From: Alphaproteobacteria bacterium UBA998
GTDB lineage: Bacteria > Pseudomonadota > Alphaproteobacteria > Rickettsiales > UBA998
Reading direction: 5' to 3'
Assembly (NCBI GenBank): GCA_002291925.1
Contig: DBAY01000030.1
Span: 2,895 to 66,894, forward strand
DNA: 64,000 nt
Below, piece after piece: positions 59,301 through 64,000 of this stretch; position 1 is the first letter of the stretch; every line of letters begins with the position of its first letter. The notes under the pieces are model-generated. The model saw nothing but the letters and a program-made list of their open reading frames with translations, was not told the origin of the DNA and ran no database searches. Both the position numbers and the translations under genes were made by a program.

Positions 59301-59936
59301 GACTGGGCGCCGCTGGAGCGTCTGGACAATGAATTCGGCGCGGTGGGCTTCTACCTCTCGACGCACCCGCTGGAGGGCTATGCCAATGTGCTGCGCCGCA
59401 TGAAGGTGGCGAGCTATGCCAGCCTGTCGGAGAAGCTGACCTCACAGTATGCGCCCATTTCGTTGGCGGGCATTGTGACCGGCATGAAGATCAAGGCCTC
59501 GGACAAGGGACGCTTTGCCTTTGTGCAGCTCTCCGACCGGACGGCGGCCTATGAGGCGTCCATCTTCGATGAGAAGGTGCTGGATGAGGCCCGCCCGCTG
59601 CTGGAAGCGGGCAAGATGGTCTATCTGAAGTGCGATGCCAAGCTGGAGGAGGCGGGGCCGCGTGTCATCATCACGCAGGTGAAGCCGCTGGAGGAAATGG
59701 CCGCGCAATCAAGCAGCGACAGGCTTGAGATTACGCTGGAGGATATCGAGCCGCTGGCACGGGTGCAGAGTTTGCTGGGGATGCCGCAGGACAGGGGCTG
59801 CAAGGTGATCCTGTTTGCGCCCATCCGGGAGTCGCGGATGGCGGAGATCCATGTGCCGGGGAATTACCGCATCAACCCGGAATCCCTGCTGGAAATGCAG
59901 AGCCTGCCCGGCGTGCGTCAGGTGATTGAGGCGTAA
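56361..59936 (+). CDS. dnaE: DNA polymerase III alpha subunit
   Basis: PHP N-terminus [16 protein letters not shown], palm/fingers motifs [28 protein letters not shown] and YRPGPM, and a C-terminal OB fold. About 1191 aa including the inserted repeat. Confidence 0.97.
   Translation: [1191 protein letters not shown]
57225..57336. repeat. G/C-tract palindromic element (family F) inserted in frame within dnaE
   Basis: CCCTCCCttgcaggcGGGGGAGGGttgggtggggg ... cccccctccaacctcaccccgcaagcAGGGGGAGG. It is translated as [37 protein letters not shown]. Sibling copy at 19401..19497. Confidence 0.8.
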
Positions 59937-60227
59937 TTAAAATTTCAGGCAAGAGACAGGGGAGCGCGCAGCGGGAAGGCTGCGGGATACCGCGTTCTGA
60001 CTAGCGGCGCGTCTTGGCGCGGACCGGGACGAGGGCCGGACGGCGTTTCTGGGTAAGAAGGTGCAGTAGTAGAGAAATCATCAGGACCTACCTGAACAAA
60101 TAGTAGCATCAAGAACTGATAAGCAGTGTGACACTTTGATGAACAATTAACAAGCGAGAAAAAACAGTCTTGATGCAATTTTTATAGATAAATCATGTAA
60201 ATAAAGTTAATACATAAAGCGTGATTA

Positions 60228-61496
60228 TTAAATAAGTTCTAACGTTTCCTCGGAAATCCCCAGTGTCAGGGCGATACCGCGCGCCTTGGCCAGCGTTTCC
60301 CACCACTCCGCAAGTGGTTCGGAATCCGCAACAATTCCGCCCCCTACCTGAAATTCAAAGTTTGAGCCACTCAGAACAAGCGTGCGTATGACGACGGATA
60401 ATTCGCAGGCATCGCGCCCCATCCATCCCAAGGCGCCGCTATAGACGCCACGGGCCACGCGCTCCTGCTGGGCGCACCAGCGCATGGCCGCCACCTTGGG
60501 GGCACCGGTCATCGATCCAGGGGGAAATGCTGCCTTGATGGCGTCCAGATAAGTGTGGCCGGGAGAAAGCTTCGCGGTGACCGTGGAGGAGAGGTGGTGG
60601 ATGGTGCGGAAACTGTCCACCTCGAAGCGGCGCGAGGCATCGATGCTGCCCGGCTCTGCCACGCGGGCCAGGTCATTGCGCATCAGATCCACAATCATGA
60701 GATTCTCGGCCCGGTCTTTGGTGCTGTGCTCCAGTGCAGCGCGCTCGGCTGAAATATCGTCACCTCGCCGAAGCGTGCCCTTGATGGGGCGGGTTTCCAG
60801 CATGCCGCCGGGTTGGGTGCGGAGGAACAGCTCCGGACTGCTGGAGAGGATTTCCGCCTCGCCAAACCGCAGATACGCGCTGTACGGGGCGGGCGAAGCC
60901 TGCAGCAATGCGAGGAACAGCGCCGGGCCCTCCGGTGCGTCTGCCCATTGTCCATGGAATTTGCGTGTCAGGTTGGCCTGATAGAAGGCGCCCGCGCGGA
61001 TGGCTTCCCGCGTGGCGTCGACGGAGGCCAGATACTGTGCCTTGGTCATGCTGGCCTGCAATTCGGCCACGCGCGCCTTGGGCGCTTTTGGCAATGGGGG
61101 CGGCATGGGCAAAGAAACGTGTTCCCCCCACGCCTGCACTTCCCGGCTTACATGGTCAAAGCGCCACAGGGTGCGTGGCGTGAAGAGCTGTATGGGGGGA
61201 AGGGATACGGGCGAAGGGGTGCAGCGCGGAACCTCCTCCAGCCCATGCAGCATTTCATAGCTGAGATAGCCGAAGCAGGGAATATCCTCACTGGCGTGGG
61301 TGTTCAGAAACGCTTCCAGCGCCTGCCAGTCCTCGCTCTCCAGTGCCGCCTGCGCACCCCACGCCAACCAGGAATACCGGCCGGAATAGCTGGTGGCCTG
61401 CGAGGAATGAAGAAACGCGACCGGGCCTTCGGCACAGGAGGCGGCGATAAAGGCTTCCGCCGGGTCTATCCAAGGCAGAACCTGTGCGTCAGCCAT
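60228..61496 (-). CDS. pabB: Aminodeoxychorismate synthase component I (chorismate-binding enzyme)
   Basis: SSPELFLR, RPIKGTLRRG, NLMIVDLMRNDL, AFPPGSMTGAPK and GGGIVADS motifs. The assignment to PabB rather than TrpE rests on the nearby class IV aminotransferase gene. Confidence 0.8.
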   Translation of the reverse strand: MADAQVLPWIDPAEAFIAASCAEGPVAFLHSSQATSYSGRYSWLAWGAQAALESEDWQALEAFLNTHASEDIPCFGYLSYEMLHGLEEVPRCTPSPVSLPPIQLFTPRTLWRFDHVSREVQAWGEHVSLPMPPPLPKAPKARVAELQASMTKAQYLASVDATREAIRAGAFYQANLTRKFHGQWADAPEGPALFLALLQASPAPYSAYLRFGEAEILSSSPELFLRTQPGGMLETRPIKGTLRRGDDISAERAALEHSTKDRAENLMIVDLMRNDLARVAEPGSIDASRRFEVDSFRTIHHLSSTVTAKLSPGHTYLDAIKAAFPPGSMTGAPKVAAMRWCAQQERVARGVYSGALGWMGRDACELSVVIRTLVLSGSNFEFQVGGGIVADSEPLAEWWETLAKARGIALTLGISEETLELI

Positions 61497-61502
61497 TCCT
61501 GG

Positions 61503-63158
61503 CTACTGGGCTCCGGAGGGTTGAAGATGCTGCATCACCTGCATGCCTTCCAGCATCACCTGCAGGGCGGGCTTGCCGGAGACGGTCACCGCGCCCTCGC
61601 CATTGCTGGCGACCGTGATGGTGAGCACATCGTCGGCTTTGTCCGTATCCAGCCCGTTCAGGAAAGCCATGATGGCCTCGTAGGCTTCCGTGGTGACAAT
61701 CACAGGATGCATATCGGGCCTCACCTGCATGGAGGCTTTCTGGAAGCGGTTGCTGTACTCCACCGCGTCGGCCACCAGCTTGTCGCACTGGCGGCATTGC
61801 AGGGTGAGAAGCCCTTCCTTCTTCGGCATGTCGAAGCTTCCCTGCATGGTGAGTGCGTAAATGTCCGTCACGAAATCCAGCGCCTTCACCGTGATGCCGC
61901 CTGCTTCCATCGGCTTTTCCGCATTGGTGGAGCTGCTGATGTCCAGCTTCGTACGGATGGTGCCGAAACCGCTGAGGCGCGGCAGGGCTTCCGAGAGGAA
62001 GGTAGCAATATCCTCAGGCGTGGCGGTGGGGAAGTAGGTCTGCATCTCCGCAGCGAAGTCCGGCTCGGCGGAGAGGCTCTGCATCGCCTCCTGCAGGGCC
62101 AGATCAAACGCCTGATCAATCTTCAGGCTGTTATCGGTACGCACGGCCACGTCATACGTCCCCTGGTTGTTCTTCACCTGCATGAAGAAGGGGGCGTCGA
62201 GGTTCCAAAGCTTGTTGCCGGTCTGAAAGCGCGACACATCGATCAGGACGTCGCCGGCGGTCATGGGGTCATGCTCGGCCTCGGAGAGGGGTGGCAGCAC
62301 GGCCTTCATGTCCATCAGCAGGCGGCTGGCGCCCGTCATTTCGAAGCGTCTCAGGACCGGCACCTGATACGCACTCGGCGTGATGCCGGAGCCGATGCTG
62401 CCGTAAAAACGACCATAGGCATCGTGCATTTCAAATGAAGGGAACTGAAGGTGCAAGGAGAACGCAGACTGCGCCGGGTCCCCCAGTTTCAGGTCGGTGA
62501 GGGTAAATTCGGAGGGTTCATTGGCGAGGAGCAATTCGCCGTTGGCCGCATTCACGGTTCGCTGGGCGGGCAGGGCGCAGCGCACCGAATCCAGATGCTT
62601 GACCAGCTCATCACCCGACGACGGCTTGCCGAGCATGAAGGTATTGACGAGGCTGCTCAGGGCGGAAGAGCGGAAATCTACGCTGCAGGACGTTTTGCCG
62701 GGGGTTTCCTGCTTCCAAGCCAGCGGCTCATTCATGATGCGGTCATCGCCGGAGAGCGTGCCGTCTAGCGTCCAGTCCATGGAGGTGGTGAGATAATGCA
62801 CGGCCAGGTTGGCGCTGCCTTGCAGGCTGAGGGCGCTGTGCACGGGCGTTTCGTCGCCGCTGCTGCCGCCCTCGATGCCGTGGGCGATCAGCCAGCGCTC
62901 AAGCCCTGCGGGGGTCATGTCCGTGGTGAGGACGGGGTCTTGCAGGCGAAGGCGATGGGAGAAGGGGAAGCCTTCCACTGACATGCCGGCATAGGTGAGC
63001 GACATGTCGAAGCCTTCCGCCTCGGGCGCGGCATTCAGCGCGTCAATCTGGGCTTTCGCCATGGCTTCGAAGCGGCCGGCCTGCTGGTTCCAGAGGAAAA
63101 AGTAACCGCCGGTCAGTGCCAGTATTACAGCGGTGGTTCCCAAGACTAGTTTGCGCAT
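61503..63158 (-). CDS. Hypothetical membrane-anchored/periplasmic protein, possibly DUF2125-like
   Basis: N-terminal anchor KLVLGTTAVILALTGGYFFLW, then ...GMSVEGFPFSHRLRLQDPVL, which resembles the alphaproteobacterial DUF2125 N-terminal pattern as I recall it. 551 aa. Confidence 0.55.
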   Translation of the reverse strand: MRKLVLGTTAVILALTGGYFFLWNQQAGRFEAMAKAQIDALNAAPEAEGFDMSLTYAGMSVEGFPFSHRLRLQDPVLTTDMTPAGLERWLIAHGIEGGSSGDETPVHSALSLQGSANLAVHYLTTSMDWTLDGTLSGDDRIMNEPLAWKQETPGKTSCSVDFRSSALSSLVNTFMLGKPSSGDELVKHLDSVRCALPAQRTVNAANGELLLANEPSEFTLTDLKLGDPAQSAFSLHLQFPSFEMHDAYGRFYGSIGSGITPSAYQVPVLRRFEMTGASRLLMDMKAVLPPLSEAEHDPMTAGDVLIDVSRFQTGNKLWNLDAPFFMQVKNNQGTYDVAVRTDNSLKIDQAFDLALQEAMQSLSAEPDFAAEMQTYFPTATPEDIATFLSEALPRLSGFGTIRTKLDISSSTNAEKPMEAGGITVKALDFVTDIYALTMQGSFDMPKKEGLLTLQCRQCDKLVADAVEYSNRFQKASMQVRPDMHPVIVTTEAYEAIMAFLNGLDTDKADDVLTITVASNGEGAVTVSGKPALQVMLEGMQVMQHLQPSGAQ

Positions 63159-63221
63159 GTGCTCTCCCTTTGCATGGCGTCAGTATAAGTGTGATGGGCA
63201 TCGCGTCAAGGCGAACGGAGG

Positions 63222-64000
63222 CTAAACCGTGGTCGTGGCATCACTTTCCAGCAAGGCGCGCCAGTTTTGAGCCATCGTGTGACTTTGCGGGAAGGTGAGC
63301 CCGAGGTCGGAGAGCGCGGTGACGCCCATCGCCAGCACGCGGCTGTTGGTCAGCACGACGGCGTCCGCCCCGTGCAATGATGCAAGCGGCGCCTCCACCT
63401 CTTGAATGGGCGAAGGGCTGAGTTGCAGAAGGCGGCGCCGGGTGATGCCTGCGAGGCAGCCGGTGCTGAGCGCGGGGGTGTACCAGGTGTTCTCACGGTG
63501 CCAGAACAGATTGCCGCTGCTGAAACTGGCGAGGTGGCCTTGCATATCCAGTTGCAGGCTCTCGCCGTCTTGCGGGGACTCCAAGCGGGCGAGGATGGCG
63601 TTGAGAGCTTGCAGGGTCTTGCCTTCGGTCGGCAGGCAGGCAGGCGGAACCTTGCGCCATGTGCTCAGGCGTGCGGTGGTGGTGTCCGGCACAAGGCCCA
63701 GCGGGCGGGCATGGATAAAGACGGTGGGCGTCGGCGTGGCGGGAGGGGCGTACCCGGCCCCACCTTCGCCACGGCTTACGGTAATGCGCAGTATGCCGTC
63801 GGTCATCGCATTGCGCATGATCAGCTGCCTGCATACGTCATGAAGCGGGGCGGTGGAAAAGGGCAGTCCGATGCTGTGCAGGGTGGTGCGCAGGCGCGCC
63901 AGATGGTCATCCAGCAGATAAGGGTGGCCCTGTATGACGCGGATGGTTTCGAACGCGCCATCGCCCAGCAGGAACCCGCGATCGAGGGGCGAAATGCGTG
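63222..64000 (-). CDS. pabC: Class IV aminotransferase-fold protein, probably aminodeoxychorismate lyase; 5' end outside the window
   Basis: The frame stays open beyond the ORF-track Met to the window edge: ...RISPLDRGFLLGDGAFETIRV...GILRITVSRGEGG... Same strand as pabB. Confidence 0.7.
   Translation of the reverse strand, partial: RISPLDRGFLLGDGAFETIRVIQGHPYLLDDHLARLRTTLHSIGLPFSTAPLHDVCRQLIMRNAMTDGILRITVSRGEGGAGYAPPATPTPTVFIHARPLGLVPDTTTARLSTWRKVPPACLPTEGKTLQALNAILARLESPQDGESLQLDMQGHLASFSSGNLFWHRENTWYTPALSTGCLAGITRRRLLQLSPSPIQEVEAPLASLHGADAVVLTNSRVLAMGVTALSDLGLTFPQSHTMAQNWRALLESDATTTV

Noticed and set aside
59945-60178. 77-aa minus-strand ORF in the dnaE-pabB spacer.
   Set aside because: It has a P/A/R-rich tail, no start context and straddles a sharp GC/AT transition. 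It is more likely non-coding (see the finding on this spacer).
56403-62438. ORFs 56403..57167 (-) and 57972..59366 (-) opposite dnaE, and 60813..62438 (+) opposite pabB and the 551-aa ORF.
   Set aside because: Shadow ORFs with R/H/L/A-rich composition. The opposite strands carry clear family motifs.
1-64000. Search by eye for tRNA, rRNA, tmRNA, IS transposases, integrases, toxin-antitoxin pairs or restriction/defence genes.
   Set aside because: No T-loop or anticodon-arm-like tRNA structures, rRNA-like segments or mobile-element enzymes were recognised. This is a negative result from manual reading only, and proper tRNA and covariance-model RNA scans should confirm it.

Overview
High-GC chromosomal backbone segment that looks alphaproteobacterial: kdsD-lptCAB-rpoN, short hprK, divK-pleD, a CckA-like kinase next to recA-alaS, and the argS-SPOR-nagZ-tatABC-serS-surE-pcm-nlpD block. 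About 60 protein genes are supported, mostly housekeeping. I found no rRNA, tRNA, CRISPR array, transposase, integrase or prophage hallmarks, and no convincing self-contained novel multi-gene system such as a defence island. The most unusual features are as follows. (1) Two CpaF/TadA-type secretion ATPase paralogs lie between rpoN and hpf with no pilus or secretion partners; the first is interrupted by a single in-frame TAG. (2) Short palindromic MITE/REP-like elements with GTCAT...ATGAC termini are very dense (at least 14 copies, several families, modular hairpin arms). They sit inside operon spacers (tatA/tatB, lolE/lolD) and stack in a 0.5 kb array after nlpD. (3) A G/C-rich palindromic element is inserted in frame inside dnaE, with a sibling copy upstream of serS. 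(4) A CckA-like kinase is split into a low-GC membrane/PAS ORF and a soluble PAS-HK-REC ORF. (5) There are several lineage-specific or uncharacterised genes: a 527-aa polytopic membrane protein with a non-ATG start, a small protein coupled to a TraX-family gene, a low-GC secreted protein, and a Q/G-rich protein behind a CtrA-box-like motif. (6) A DUF815 ATPase gene has an apparent frameshift. Many long ORFs in the six-frame track are antisense shadows typical of high-GC DNA and were rejected. All functional calls come from reading motifs in the translations by eye; no database search was possible.
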